Positions 35,219 to 46,728 of a stretch of 64,000 nt of DNA are shown in pieces. Source of the DNA: Elsinoe ampelina (Eukaryota). The stretch lies in NCBI GenBank assembly GCA_010093995.1, contig ML992501.1, positions 1,155,047-1,219,046 of the forward strand. Direction: 5' to 3'. The notes under the pieces are model-generated. The model ran no database searches. It saw nothing but the letters and a program-made list of their open reading frames with translations, and had not been told where the DNA came from. Each line of letters starts with the position of its first letter. Position 1 is the stretch's first letter. Position numbers and translations under genes: made by a program.

Positions 35219-35872
35219 TGTGAGGTGGTGGCGGGGTTATTGATGCTAGAGAGGATTGGAACTGGCTGGGAAGTGAACCTTTCAGGTGATGGTGGATGTG
35301 GGACCAGATAGAGAGCCTCGAACTATATATACACTGCACAAGTATTACAAAGGATTGAGGATTAGCAATAGGAAGGAATATAAATCAGAAACTCGGTCTA
35401 ACGTCATTTGCACCCTTCACGCCTTTCGAGACCAGGAACGCGGGGAAAAATTCATGAAGAGGGCAATGATTGGGCGTTAGAGAGATTTCTTGGCAGAAAT
35501 TGCCCTCCTGCTTGGTCATCAGTGGATGGCGCAATCTGAGGACATCCCGTCTGCCGCATTCCCGATTTGCCTCTCGGCAGTCCCTGGCAAGTGACTTTCT
35601 TATAATCAACATTCTTGATGTCTTGATATTTGGGTGGTTCGAGGTGTACGTCTAGCAGACCTTGTTTCAGTAAATGTGGTTGTACTACGACTGGACCTCG
35701 CTACCAGCTTTGTATGGCGGTATGATCGGGGTGGGGGATTGATCCATGTCTCTGCGAAAAGTGGTTATTACTTCATCATGTATTCAAAGGTTCTTGGTGG
35801 TATCTATGCTAAACGCTCATGCCTCGCTATGCTCATTATTATCGTTGTTGCCCGGTACAGAAACATGCGTGT

Positions 35873-37750
35873 CTAAGACGTCCGCTTGATAACAAACACT
35901 CCGACCTCTATCCCGTTCTGTGGCTCACCCGATGGATATTCCTTCCTTGAGGCCCCATTGAGCAGAGCGTTGGTCATGCTCATGGGCGTCACTTCGCCGG
36001 TCTGTGCCCCTCTGCCAAAGTGATTGTTGATCGCCTCCCGTATCCTTGGTTTCTCTTGCTTGATCCACCAATTGTCTATCCAGACCGATCTCTCGATCTT
36101 GACCGTCTCTTTGCTGGCGGACTCGAGCACAAAGCCGCTCTGTTTGCGTGTGAACCTCTGCATGGTCGAGTTGGGTTGACCCATGGCTGCGCACAGCTCC
36201 TGGACCTTCTTGTGCAAGGTGTCATAATCCAGCATTGTCTTGACTGCGGACATTGAGCCTAGTAAAGTCGCTAATTCGAGTGGTAAGTTGTTGATGCTCT
36301 TCATCATGCGGATCACTGGATCGAGAATTGGTCCGAGGTAGTCGCGCATGAAGGTTTGAGCTCCAGTAGATGTCGGGTAGATGAATAGAAGGGTGCCATT
36401 GTCGGGAGACAGCTCCATCAGCCTGTCTACCAGGAGTGACCTTCCGTTGAGCTTGAACATCTCGGAGAACTCATTGGCGCTAGTAGGGGGAATGTATCGC
36501 TCGACAATTGAAACATTCATGGACTCGGGCGCAACAACGGGGAGGGGCGATCGTGGGAGGTCTGAAGTGAGGTTGTCTTGGTAGTCGATTATTGGGACCG
36601 CGCTGTCGAAAGTCTTTGACGTGAAATAGTCATTACCACCGCCGGGTTGACCTGGCGTGCTTGGGGGTGAGGTCGGGAGTTCTGAGAGGTTCGACTTTCG
36701 TAGCGCGTGAAATACGTTGATCCAGCAAAGAGGACTGCCAGGAGTATTGACCTGCAGTGCACTGATTACAGCCGGAAAGGCAAAGCCGCTTGGTGAAGGA
36801 CATGGTAAGGCGTGTGAAAGGACTTTGAGAGAAACGGCATCGCCGGATTGTGCTGATCGTAAGTTCATGACTGTACGACTCATTAGACTCGACTCTTGGC
36901 AATGATGCATGCACTCACGAATGGCACTGGCAGCCCTATCGACGAAGGGCATCCTCTGGTAGTCCGACGTCGTACGATGAAGCTCGATCCTAGGGGCTAT
37001 CGTCACCCGAGGTATCTCACGAGGTATGATGGACGGGTTGGCCGGACTCGGCGGTACCGGGTCTGATTGACCACGGGTTGGTCTCGAGGTTGCAATGTAT
37101 TGCTCGTCGGCTTGTGAAAGCGAATTCCACAATATTGCGGACTTGTCCTCAGGTGGGGTCAAGGTCTCGATCAATTGGGATTGTCGCCGCACTGGAGGTG
37201 GCAATTCACCCTCGCCATCGATAGACAAAGTTCTTGCGAGAGGTCCAAGATTATCAATGGAAGAAAATGAGTCGAGTCGCATAGATCGAAGTGAGGCAGC
37301 CATATTGGAAGTCACCGGATCGGAAAGTCTTTGTCGCACAGAGGGGTTTGCAGCACCCAAGCACGTGTCACCAGCCAAATTGTCGGGTCGCGGATTTGCA
37401 ATGCCCAATTCTTGGAAGGAAGGAAGTCGAAGTCCAGGACCGCCTTTGACGGAAAGATTCGAGTCTGTTAAAGTTGCAGGAACAATGTCGGCCCCGACAA
37501 TTGCGTCCAGAGAAGGTTGAGGTAAAAGGTCCTGACCCGGTGTGAGGACGGCGGGCAGTGTTGCGTGGCCTGGCAGAGGCGCCCTGACTGCAGCAGCTAT
37601 GGGATCCGGTGAATCCTCTGACAGCGGAGTCAGATCGGATAGAGTGGCATCAAGCCCCGGTGACATTAAAGCACTGTCAGCCCTCAAGAGCGTGGACCTC
37701 TGATTGCGGCTTGCATCGCACTCGGCGTGAAACGCGGCGGTATTCACCAT
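35873..37750 (-). CDS. Uncharacterised fungal protein (disordered N-half, globular C-half)
   Basis: 625-codon ORF containing an in-frame 48-nt intron 36918-36871 (GTGAGT...CTAAT...CAG). The start could be 37750 or 37666. No family recognised. Confidence 0.8.
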   Translation of the reverse strand: MVNTAAFHAECDASRNQRSTLLRADSALMSPGLDATLSDLTPLSEDSPDPIAAAVRAPLPGHATLPAVLTPGQDLLPQPSLDAIVGADIVPATLTDSNLSVKGGPGLRLPSFQELGIANPRPDNLAGDTCLGAANPSVRQRLSDPVTSNMAASLRSMRLDSFSSIDNLGPLARTLSIDGEGELPPPVRRQSQLIETLTPPEDKSAILWNSLSQADEQYIATSRPTRGQSDPVPPSPANPSIIPREIPRVTIAPRIELHRTTSDYQRMPFVDRAASAIRECMHHCQESSLMSRTVMNLRSAQSGDAVSLKVLSHALPCPSPSGFAFPAVISALQVNTPGSPLCWINVFHALRKSNLSELPTSPPSTPGQPGGGNDYFTSKTFDSAVPIIDYQDNLTSDLPRSPLPVVAPESMNVSIVERYIPPTSANEFSEMFKLNGRSLLVDRLMELSPDNGTLLFIYPTSTGAQTFMRDYLGPILDPVIRMMKSINNLPLELATLLGSMSAVKTMLDYDTLHKKVQELCAAMGQPNSTMQRFTRKQSGFVLESASKETVKIERSVWIDNWWIKQEKPRIREAINNHFGRGAQTGEVTPMSMTNALLNGASRKEYPSGEPQNGIEVGVFVIKRTS

Positions 37751-38697
37751 CGAAGGAAGACAGACGGAGGCGTCAGGGTATATCTACCCCTCTTTTTTGG
37801 CGTTATCTCAAGCTCTCTGAGCCACCGTTGTCCAGCTGCCTTGAGAGAACGAGGTACCAGTACGAAGGGACGGCTGTGGGTATTAGCTAATAACAAATAG
37901 TGCTGAGAAGAGCTGAAGAGAGCGACAGGCCAAGCAACAGGAATGAGCGACGAGGATCGAGTCAGCAAAGAAACAACAGCGCATGCATGAGCGAGGGTAA
38001 AGTGTTTTTCTCAAGGTGTCAGATTTAGAGTAATGTGGTCGTCCGTGAGAGAGCCTAAGGAGGGCAAAGGGCCACTGAAACGTTCTAGACTGCGCTAGCG
38101 TGGCTGTCTCGCTCTCTGCCAATTTTGGCTTGCGCTCCATCCGCATGCATGCCCACGGGACAGTTCTCGCTCCTGATCGTTCGCCTGCATGTTACACTGG
38201 TACTCGCGTCCAGGTCCGCTGTTGAGATGGTGGACAGCTGAAGAGAACGGTTCGAGGGTCGGGACCAGACAATACGTGTTTAAAGTTATGTTAAGCAAAT
38301 GAGCGACAGGAGATATCTCGGCAACTACAGTAGGTACTGGGACACGAAGACGCGGCAAGGAGCCGGATCAACAGAGATTGTTGATCATTTGTTGATCGCG
38401 TGGGTCCCCACCAGTTCTGCCTGGTGTGTACGGGAGTAGTGAGAGAGAACGCGAGGTGAAAATGGAGGCAGAACTTAGAAGCTGCATTCAGGTGTTCGCT
38501 GCGCCTCACGGGCTTTATTCTCATGCAATTCCCGCATCCTTCCAAGCACTGCCAACGAACGTGGCTTGTCAGCAAGAGAATGCCCAGACGACAATGTTGA
38601 TCCGATTGGGCGCGGAGGAAGCCAAAAGACGGCGCTTGTGTCTGCAACGCACAACGAACATGCAGCAGTCGCTTTCCTTCCACACACCCGTGACTCC

Positions 38698-39818
38698 TCA
38701 ATTGTACCAAGAGATGTCACAATCGGCAGACCATCGTGCCCACAGCCGATCAAGTTTGTTTCTGCTGTAAGCATCTACTGCGTGGCATCTCCGCCACATG
38801 CGATCAAAGTAGCGACCTTTATTCAGCACAACTTCCGGCTGGTCGCAAGTAGCAAGGCGAACGCCCGTTGCAGACCCTTGCTGTACGTCGAGGCCGAGAA
38901 GTGGCTGCAGCATGCCCAACAGCCAGCTGGGAGGATCAAACGGCGCGGTCGAGAGGTCCTGCAGCAGGTTGCTTTTGACCAGACCTGGCTCAAACGAAAA
39001 AGCAAGACGGTCACAGTCTGATTGGGAATCAAAATGCAGCTGCAGAGCTTTTGCAAACGCAACCTGCATGATCTTGGTCTGTGAGTATTTGGCGGTGTTT
39101 CCCGGGTCGTGCGGCGCCGTGTGGAACCCTCTCTCTATCTGATAGACACTTCAGCCTACCTGTCCTCGGACATGGCACACATGAACCTACCTTGCCCCTG
39201 ACTCTGGCTACTTCGAAGGCATGGGGTATGCCCCCAAAGTAGCTACCAATACTCGAAGTGAAGATGACCCGAGCGTCTTTCGAGAAGTGACGTTCGAGCA
39301 GGTGTGTCAACAGAAATGAAGACAGAAAGTTGACCTGATATTCGTACTCGTAGCCGTCCTCGGTCATCTCCTTCCCATCTGGCACAAGCGACACTCCAGC
39401 GTTGTGGGCCAAGATATCGATAGGTCCATGTATCCAGTTTTGTGCGAATCTCTTGACAGAACCGAGGGAGGCCGTGTCCTAGGGAAGGCAATCAATGAAG
39501 CTCAAGGTGGCTTCCGGACATACTCACTAGACTCAGCGTCTCGACCTTCGCTGAGGGGCAAGCCTCGAGCATCAGATCTCGAGCTTCGGTCGCTTTCTTC
39601 TCATTCCGACACGCCAGAATTACCGTAGCACCCATCTCCGCTAATTGCAATGCGAAACCATAGCCGATCCCAGAATTGCCGCCGGTGACAATCGCTGTTT
39701 TTCCAGTCAAGTCTCTGTAGGTAGGTCGCATGGCTGGTAAGAGCCTTCCCATGACGCAGAACAAGACTCCAAGAATGCCATCTTTCAAGACCTTTGCCCT
39801 GAATATGAAGCTGTCCAT
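38698..39818 (-). CDS. Short-chain dehydrogenase/reductase (retinol-DH/WWOX-like classical SDR)
   Basis: Introns 39527-39479 and 39190-39139 join TGGNSGIG, ILACRN, DILAHNAG, FTSS, catalytic YSQTK and FEPGLVKS. Confidence 0.9.
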
Positions 39819-40284
39819 CTTCTCGTATGTTCCGACGGGTTCACAGTCCCGATATCCTCAAGCAAAGGTCGATTGAGTACCGTCGAGTTGTGGCTCCTCA
39901 CAACGCAAATATATTCGGAGAGGAAGCTGAAAACAGGAACTTTGAATATGATACTTATCCGTCGAGTACGGAGGACCTGCGTTCGTTCGAGGTTCTCCAT
40001 TCACAGTACTGACCGAATCATGGCGTAGACGACTCGGTAGATACGGCCGAAACACATAATTCCTCCTCGATGGCACGAGGGCACTATACCTGAAGACATC
40101 GTGCTGGATACATGCAACGCTGAGAGTCGATACAGCTAAAGGCACTTGATTTTGTAGCATTGTGTCCTGAGAAGTCCTCACCGTAAAGACTGAGGGTCGA
40201 AAGCGACCCAAAAGTGCCAACCCCATTCATTCCGCTGGTTCGATTGTGGGTCTCGCATGATTCCGTCACGGCCAAGTCTTCTTG

Positions 40285-40311
40285 GCCCACGCCGCCCACG
40301 CCGCCCACGCC
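40285..40311. repeat. Short tandem repeat (gcccacgcc)x3
   Basis: Three perfect 9-bp units in intergenic DNA upstream of the SDR. Confidence 0.85.
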
Positions 40312-40460
40312 GCACCGCCATCTCCATACCATCCTTGACATGGCACATCTATCGTCTTGTTTTATTTTCAGCCCTGGGGTGACCCGACGACATGTCTTCC
40401 GCATCAACCCTCTGACGATCTCAGCCTTTCAATTAGCGACAAAAGTAGCTGAAACACGCC

Positions 40461-40913
40461 ATGTTCTGGATCATCGTCAATATCGTTATCTACTTCTTTG
40501 CTTTCCTTCGGCTTGAGCAATGGAGAGACTCTGTCGCGCAAGAACGACGCCGACCGGCCGCTCGGGTACCACAGAGCACTACCACACTGAATCATCGCAG
40601 GAGCGTTGTGCTACTTGCTTTTGCAGGCTATGTAGCCCTCAGCAACGGAATAGGCGCAGTAGTGATCCGAGATGCGTGCTATGGGCCAGATACCAGCAGC
40701 GGCACAGCATGCCTCGACAGGACTGCATGGCAAATGTTCAAGCTAGTTTCGGCATATACTGCTGCAGATAGATACTTAACAAGCAAGCATGGCATCGCCC
40801 AAACTCTCATGATGCTTCGCAAAGGACGTTCTGAAAAGGCTGGTTTTGCAAGGGTATCCAACCTTTCGAACGTGGTCGGCACGGCAGTCACGGGAGAGCG
40901 AGGTGGCAAATGA
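40461..40913 (+). CDS. Possible orphan membrane protein (150 aa)
   Basis: ATG-initiated ORF with two hydrophobic segments and a Cys pair. No family motif recognised; may be spurious. Confidence 0.3.
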   Translation: MFWIIVNIVIYFFAFLRLEQWRDSVAQERRRPAARVPQSTTTLNHRRSVVLLAFAGYVALSNGIGAVVIRDACYGPDTSSGTACLDRTAWQMFKLVSAYTAADRYLTSKHGIAQTLMMLRKGRSEKAGFARVSNLSNVVGTAVTGERGGK

Positions 40914-42232
40914 AAAGTCGCCCCTCGAGAGTCTTGCAAACATCAAAGTGGATGGGAAGGAATGCTTGGTGTATAAGACGTGTAGCTGGTGTCTCGCATG
41001 GCAGATGTCTGTTGTTGGGAGCCGCATCATCTTGACGACAATCCACAATCTAGAGCAGACGATCGCTGATCCTCGGCCTGATAGAGCCGGAAGAATGACC
41101 TAACATATGAACGCTAAAATGTATTGGATGATCGGAAGCTGTCGACTCTGACAATGCCTCGAGTGCGGTGTGTCGACGCCACCAGCTCCAATCCTTGGAT
41201 TTCTCTTCATCACACACGTGACTGAAGCAGTGCTTTACAATTCTGACATAACCACGCAGGCGGCAGACTGCTACTGCATAGGCGAGAGTCTCATTTTGAA
41301 TCATGGCAAGCGACTGCTCCCAGCCACCCGGAAAGGTGGAGATTTCATACACTCCTCACCACTTCTTGACCGGCACCGTCTACGGCACGTTGTGAAACAA
41401 CCATCATGTCCATCGACAGACTCTCTCAAACTATCAAAGTGTCGCATGTCAAGGGTGCCTCAATGCGGACAAGCAGTTCTCACCGTTGCAACGTCCGGCT
41501 AACGTCGTCTTCTTCAGAGCAACGAAGGGCGACCTTCCCGTCCGTCAAACTCTCACCGTCGAACCAGTCGCCCAGCAACAACCCACCTTCTGTCCTCTGT
41601 GACTGCTACTACTCAGCATGGTCAGCTCTTGGACTTTCGGTACTGCCGCTGCGAACGCCTGGTCCTTTCGAATGACGGCCGATACTCAACGTGTGCCAAC
41701 AGAGCGACACAATATCGGTCCCTCCTATTCCCGAAGAAAATCATCAATAAGAGGATGATGAGTAGCTCTGACTTCAAGAGACTCATCGAATATTCGGCTT
41801 GAACCAATCCATTATGTGAAAGACTTTGAGAAGGTGGTGAGTCTCTTTCCATCGCTCGCTATGCAACCGTTGTCTCCAAACGTTCCTATACAACGTCGGC
41901 CGCTACGCCCGCCGTCAATGCGATAGTCAAGCAACTCTACACCAAAGCTGTAGGGCTGGCCTCCAAAGTATACCCACCCTGGGCAACAATCGTCCACTGC
42001 ATTGACCCCTCCGCTATCCCGTTAAGTGTGTGAGAGCCTCTATCGATCACTCTACAACGGCCTGCCGCCATATAGTCAATCCCTCTTACTTTCGCATGGC
42101 AACCGTGCATGCGCCATCTCTTTACCTTTGCGTCGCACCCTCCACCCATTCTCTACCTACCCCACCCTTTGTCTCTCTTTCTTTCACATTGTCATCCGGC
42201 GTGAGTGGTGAACACAGGAACAAATCGAGAAC

Positions 42233-44872
42233 ATGGCGAACCGCAACAGCACGGCATCGGACCGCAGTAAGCGCTGGTCTATGCCGGCGCTGCAAGCGTT
42301 GCCAGAATCAAGAAGTGACAGGACATCCACAGCTGCAGGACCACCACCGGACAAGCAGCTCCCGGCCAGACCGAACAGAAACACTCGAGGATCGATCAGC
42401 GGTACAAGTTATGGCAAGAGCGATTTCGGCGTACCCACGCAACCCACAATGTCGACGAGCGACCGACGGGCATCTCGCAGGATATCACGAATTTCGAAAC
42501 TGTCAGATGTGAGTGAGGTGGAGAGCGAAAGGACGAGATCAAGGCACATGTCGGCGTCGGTAGCGGGCGACTCCGATGCTGGTCACGGGTCGAGAAGAAT
42601 GTCCATGAGGAGAATGTCTGTTGCAGATGATCTCGCGGCAGACAGTGAGAGGAGAAGATCTCGCCGCATGTCCATGATGTCGACAAACAGCAGTATCAAC
42701 CGCTTCAGCATGATGAGCAGGGCGAACAACGATTGGAGGCAGGAACCAGAAGAGCATGAGAAGCCCAAGAACTGGGAGGATGACCACAAGAAGCCTTCGA
42801 ATTGGGGCGAGCAGAAGAAGAACGTGAATACGGCTATCTGCTGTGAGTGGAAGTACATGAGAGCATCTCCGATCCCGCTGACGTGTCTAAGCTATCATGG
42901 CCTTTTCCTTCACACTCTCCTTGACGGTATACGCGGCCGCAATCCCAGCCACAGTCACGGACTTGAGCCTGACCGGACTGGTTGCGACTGTCCCATACTC
43001 ATGCTTTGCTCTTGGACTTGCTTTCGGCCCAGCTTTCTCCACGCCTTTCGAAAAGGCATACGGACGGAAACCAATTTTCCTCTTTACCGTCCCTCTCTTT
43101 GCTCTGGTCATGATCGGAGCAGGCGTCTCCAAGGGTCTGGTCGCAATTGCAGTCTGCCGTGGTCTTGCAGGTATCTTTGCCTCGGCTGGCCTATTTCTTT
43201 CGTACGCCATCATGTCCGACATCTGGGTTCCTCTTCGACTTTCAATTGGTCTTGCCATCTATATTGGTTCTATGGTACTTGGTCTCTTCGCAGGGTGAGT
43301 CGAGAACACACGAGTCCACTCGAAAGGCAGCAGCTGACTTTTCATAGTCCCATCGTTGGCGGTGTTGTCATCAAGTATGAGACCTGGCGCTGGACCATGT
43401 GGGTCGCACTATTTGCCACTGTCATTCTCATGTTCGGTGCCATCGGTATGACCGAAACGCAAGAGGCTGCAATCAAGCGCAAGATCAAGACGCCCGAACA
43501 GATCGAGAAGGAGGTCGCCGAACGACGTGCGAAGAGAGTCACACGCCAACCCAGCCGTCTGCACTTCTTTGGCAACTTCATGTTTGCAAAGTCGTTCAGC
43601 ATGCTTCTTGCTGCACCATCACTGTCGATGGCCACACTGTACGTTTCGTACGTCCTAGCTGTTTCCATCGCCATGCCCGTCTTCGTCCCCGGAATCTTTG
43701 GCGCTCTCTACAGCTTTGATGTCGAGCAGCAGAATCTCACATTCGCCGGTGCTGCTGGTGGAGTAGTTGTCGGAGTGCTCCTCATCATTGTCTTGGATCA
43801 CTTCATTCACCAGCCTCGCGTCGGTGCATGGGAAGACGAGCATGATCCGCTGCCTGACCGTGGGGACGTCGAGTTAGCCAAGGGTAAAGATCACCCTAGC
43901 TGGCGCAAAGGCCTCGCAGTCACCACCCGCAGCCTCGGCCTCCGCGATTCCACCGCCTCCTCCGCCGACCAATCATCACGCAACGGGTCCGACGCCTCCA
44001 GCCGCTCCACCCGCACCCGCAGCCGCCGCCAGTCCAGCGAGCACCGCAAATCCCGCCTCCAAGCCTTCTCGGAACGCAACATCAACATCGCCGTCGCCGT
44101 GACCCGCTTCCTCAACAGCCAACCCGCCAACCAAAACAAAAAGATCATCGTCGAACGCGTCATGGTCCTGCTCAAAAACACCGACTCCTTCACCAAAATC
44201 TCCGACGCCCTCGGCGGCCTCGGCCTCGACTTCGAAGAAGCCCTCCTCGCCAAAGTCATCACCGACGCCCTGGCAAAGGAGAAACAAGGCGCCGAGATCG
44301 GGCTCTCCCGCTCGCGCTCCCTCCACCAACTCTCGGCCCAAGCAGCCCTCATGGGCGGCGACGACAACGCCACCGAGTCCACCAGCGAGGCCCCCTCCGC
44401 TGCCCTCCCCAGCCCGACCGACGACAAGAAGGACAACAAACCCCTCGCGCCCCCCGCGGAATGGCGCTGGCTACCCGCCCTCGCCGCCTCGCTGCTCTTC
44501 CCCGGCGGTCTGCTGCTCTTCGCTTGGACAACGAGGGAGAGCATCAATTGGATCATCCCGTGCATTGGCCTCGCGCTGTCCGGCGTGGGCGCTTGTCTGA
44601 TCGCGTTTTCGGCCATCACTTACATGATGGAATTGCACGAGGAAGGGGATGAGGCGATCGGTGCCAGGGCGGGCGCGACTATGCTCACTTTCGTGCTGGG
44701 GGCGGCGCTGCCTCTGGTGGTCAAGCCGATGTTCGATGCGTTGGGGGAGAGGATTGGCGTGACGATTTTCGCGGCCGTGGCGGCGGGTTTGGGGGTGGTG
44801 CCGTGGGTGTTGACGTATAGGGGGAATAAGCTCGTGCCGAAGGAGGGGGAGGTTACGGATGAGAAGAAGTAG
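42233..44872 (+). CDS. MFS transporter (DHA1-like) with long S/R-rich N-terminus and large loop insertion
   Basis: Introns 42843-42891 and 43295-43347 give an 845-aa protein. Motifs DDHKKPSNW (DHA1 D.xNP.NW-like), EKAYGRKPI (motif A), GPIVGG, WRWTMW, PAEWRWLPAL; about 12 TM segments. Confidence 0.88.
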   Translation: MANRNSTASDRSKRWSMPALQALPESRSDRTSTAAGPPPDKQLPARPNRNTRGSISGTSYGKSDFGVPTQPTMSTSDRRASRRISRISKLSDVSEVESERTRSRHMSASVAGDSDAGHGSRRMSMRRMSVADDLAADSERRRSRRMSMMSTNSSINRFSMMSRANNDWRQEPEEHEKPKNWEDDHKKPSNWGEQKKNVNTAICCEWKYMRASPIPLTCLSYHGLFLHTLLDGIRGRNPSHSHGLEPDRTGCDCPILMLCSWTCFRPSFLHAFRKGIRTETNFPLYRPSLCSGHDRSRRLQGSGRNCSLPWSCRYLCLGWPISFVRHHVRHLGSSSTFNWSCHLYWFYGTWSLRRVSREHTSPLERQQLTFHSPIVGGVVIKYETWRWTMWVALFATVILMFGAIGMTETQEAAIKRKIKTPEQIEKEVAERRAKRVTRQPSRLHFFGNFMFAKSFSMLLAAPSLSMATLYVSYVLAVSIAMPVFVPGIFGALYSFDVEQQNLTFAGAAGGVVVGVLLIIVLDHFIHQPRVGAWEDEHDPLPDRGDVELAKGKDHPSWRKGLAVTTRSLGLRDSTASSADQSSRNGSDASSRSTRTRSRRQSSEHRKSRLQAFSERNINIAVAVTRFLNSQPANQNKKIIVERVMVLLKNTDSFTKISDALGGLGLDFEEALLAKVITDALAKEKQGAEIGLSRSRSLHQLSAQAALMGGDDNATESTSEAPSAALPSPTDDKKDNKPLAPPAEWRWLPALAASLLFPGGLLLFAWTTRESINWIIPCIGLALSGVGACLIAFSAITYMMELHEEGDEAIGARAGATMLTFVLGAALPLVVKPMFDALGERIGVTIFAAVAAGLGVVPWVLTYRGNKLVPKEGEVTDEKK

Positions 44873-45453
44873 GGAAGGGGGGTTTCTTTTGTATAAGCAT
44901 GCTGTTTGGAGGTTTATACTTCGTTTGTAAAGAAGGTTTTTTGTATCTGGTTTGGGAGCCTTACGGGGAGGGGATGTGGGAGAGGGAGGACAGATCTGTA
45001 TTATATTATATACCTGTAGCGTCTCCGCATGGGGCGGTGTTGGCAATGGATACCTTACCTTTGACTGCACGATATGGTTGGCACGTCTTTCATTGCACCA
45101 AAGCTCACGCTGAATTCTGCTGCGCTCATCATGCATGCCGGAAAATTGTCAGTGATCGTCTTTGTGAGGTGCGGGCCGCCATAATTCACACGGAAGGCAA
45201 CCTCGCCCGCATATCAACGAGGCAGTCGGGATGGAGCCCCTCCTTCCTCATCTGACAGCTCTCGAGCAGTATGCACATGCTGCTTTTTCAGGAGGTATCT
45301 TCGACTCTGTTATCTAGGCGTTGTGAAATTCCATGCAATCGATCACATCATCAACCGCTGTTCGTTGCATCAAAGTCCATTAGACTTCGAGTCATTGAGA
45401 TTTCATCCAGCACATTAAGAACAGAGAGCCACAGTGCAAGCTCAGCCCTCAAG

Positions 45454-46210
45454 ATGCGCTGCGGTACGCACGGCATCGAGATGTGTGAACATTGCTTCAC
45501 ATTCTTCAGCAATGAAGACCAGCCTATCATCCTTCAAGCTGCTGAGGCTTTCGACACCGGTGGCGGCAGCAACAATCCTCGAGATCATTTTACTTGCTGC
45601 TATGGCCGCCACACCATGCTCACATCTGCAGCATGGCGCTACATCAGCGAGAAGGACGACCGGACTTTTCTTGTCTACACGGACGGCGCGTGCAAGGCGA
45701 ACGGACGTCAGGACCAGGAGCCTCGTGGAGGTTGCGGTGTCGTTCTTGGAGATCCGCCCAGTGACAACTCCAAGCTGGGGACAGCTATCATTCAAACTGG
45801 AGGCTCAAGGTCCAGATGGCCGCTTCTATATCCCGACTTCCAATCGTGCTGAGCTACGAGCTGTGGACCTAGCTCTCGATATTCGTCCTTGGTCCCGCGA
45901 AGGCTTCGAGAAGATGGTAATTGCCACAGACTCTCAGCACGTCGTCCTTGGTGCCACAGTCTGGTGCAAGAATTGGCTGGTGAATGGCTGGCTCAATAGC
46001 CACGGCGCGGCAGTCGCGAATCAGGACTTGTGGACGGCCTTGCTCACGAAGATCGCCAAACTCCGCAACGAAGGTGTTTCCGTGTACTTCTGGTACATAC
46101 CCCGTGAATTCAACACAGCCGCCGACAGGCTCGCCAGGGAAGGCGCCGACATGGAGGACAACCAGGGGCATACCCACACAGCCTCCGTGGGATTCGGTGG
46201 ATACTGGTAG
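45454..46210 (+). pseudogene. RNase H1-type protein with N-terminal Cys/His motif, split by a +1 frameshift
   Basis: One frame carries RCGTHGIEMCEHC and VYTDGACKANG..PRGGCGVV. A second frame carries SFKLE..GP, TSNRAELRAV, VIATDSQHVV, NQDLW and NTAADRLAREGA. The frames switch near ctggggacag at 45775-45784. Confidence 0.8.
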
Positions 46211-46728
46211 AACATGGGCTCAGCAGAAGACCAGCGTACTCAGAACGAGGCAAAAATCGCCGAGGGGCGTCCAGCATCCAGATGGTAATGACGGAATGAT
46301 CATGGTTATCCAGAAGCAGTCATATGTTGGTAGGGTTTGACCGCCAGTGCCGGCGAGGTGTATCGTTGCTCCGTAGATTCAGACCAAGCATGTTCCAATC
46401 AAGTCGGCCAGTGCCAATGACAACCATCGTGCTCTGTGACACGTCATGGTGTGCATAACACCTGTTATGACATGCTGTGTCGAAAAGCGTCACTACCTTG
46501 TGTTGGAATGAGTGATGTGGAAAGCTTGAACGGAAGCAGATGCGGAGAAGCTTCTCAAGACCTTCATTCACCACTTCATGGACTGAGCTCCTTCGACTGT
46601 CACACATAAATGCTTCCCAACAGGGTCTGGAGGCGGCAACACAATATTCTCAGGATGGTCACAGGAAAAGGCTGATACGTATGGCTCCCAGCACGAATCA
46701 AGTCGAATAAGCAGAGGATCCTACCAAC

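Noticed and set aside
42843..43347. 879-aa unspliced ORF as the main product
   Set aside because: Canonical introns restore the MFS TM helices and motif A in another frame.
34337..44872. AsaB-like oxygenase, SDR and MFS as a secondary-metabolite cluster
   Set aside because: No backbone synthase or cluster regulator, and the genes are interspersed with unrelated genes.
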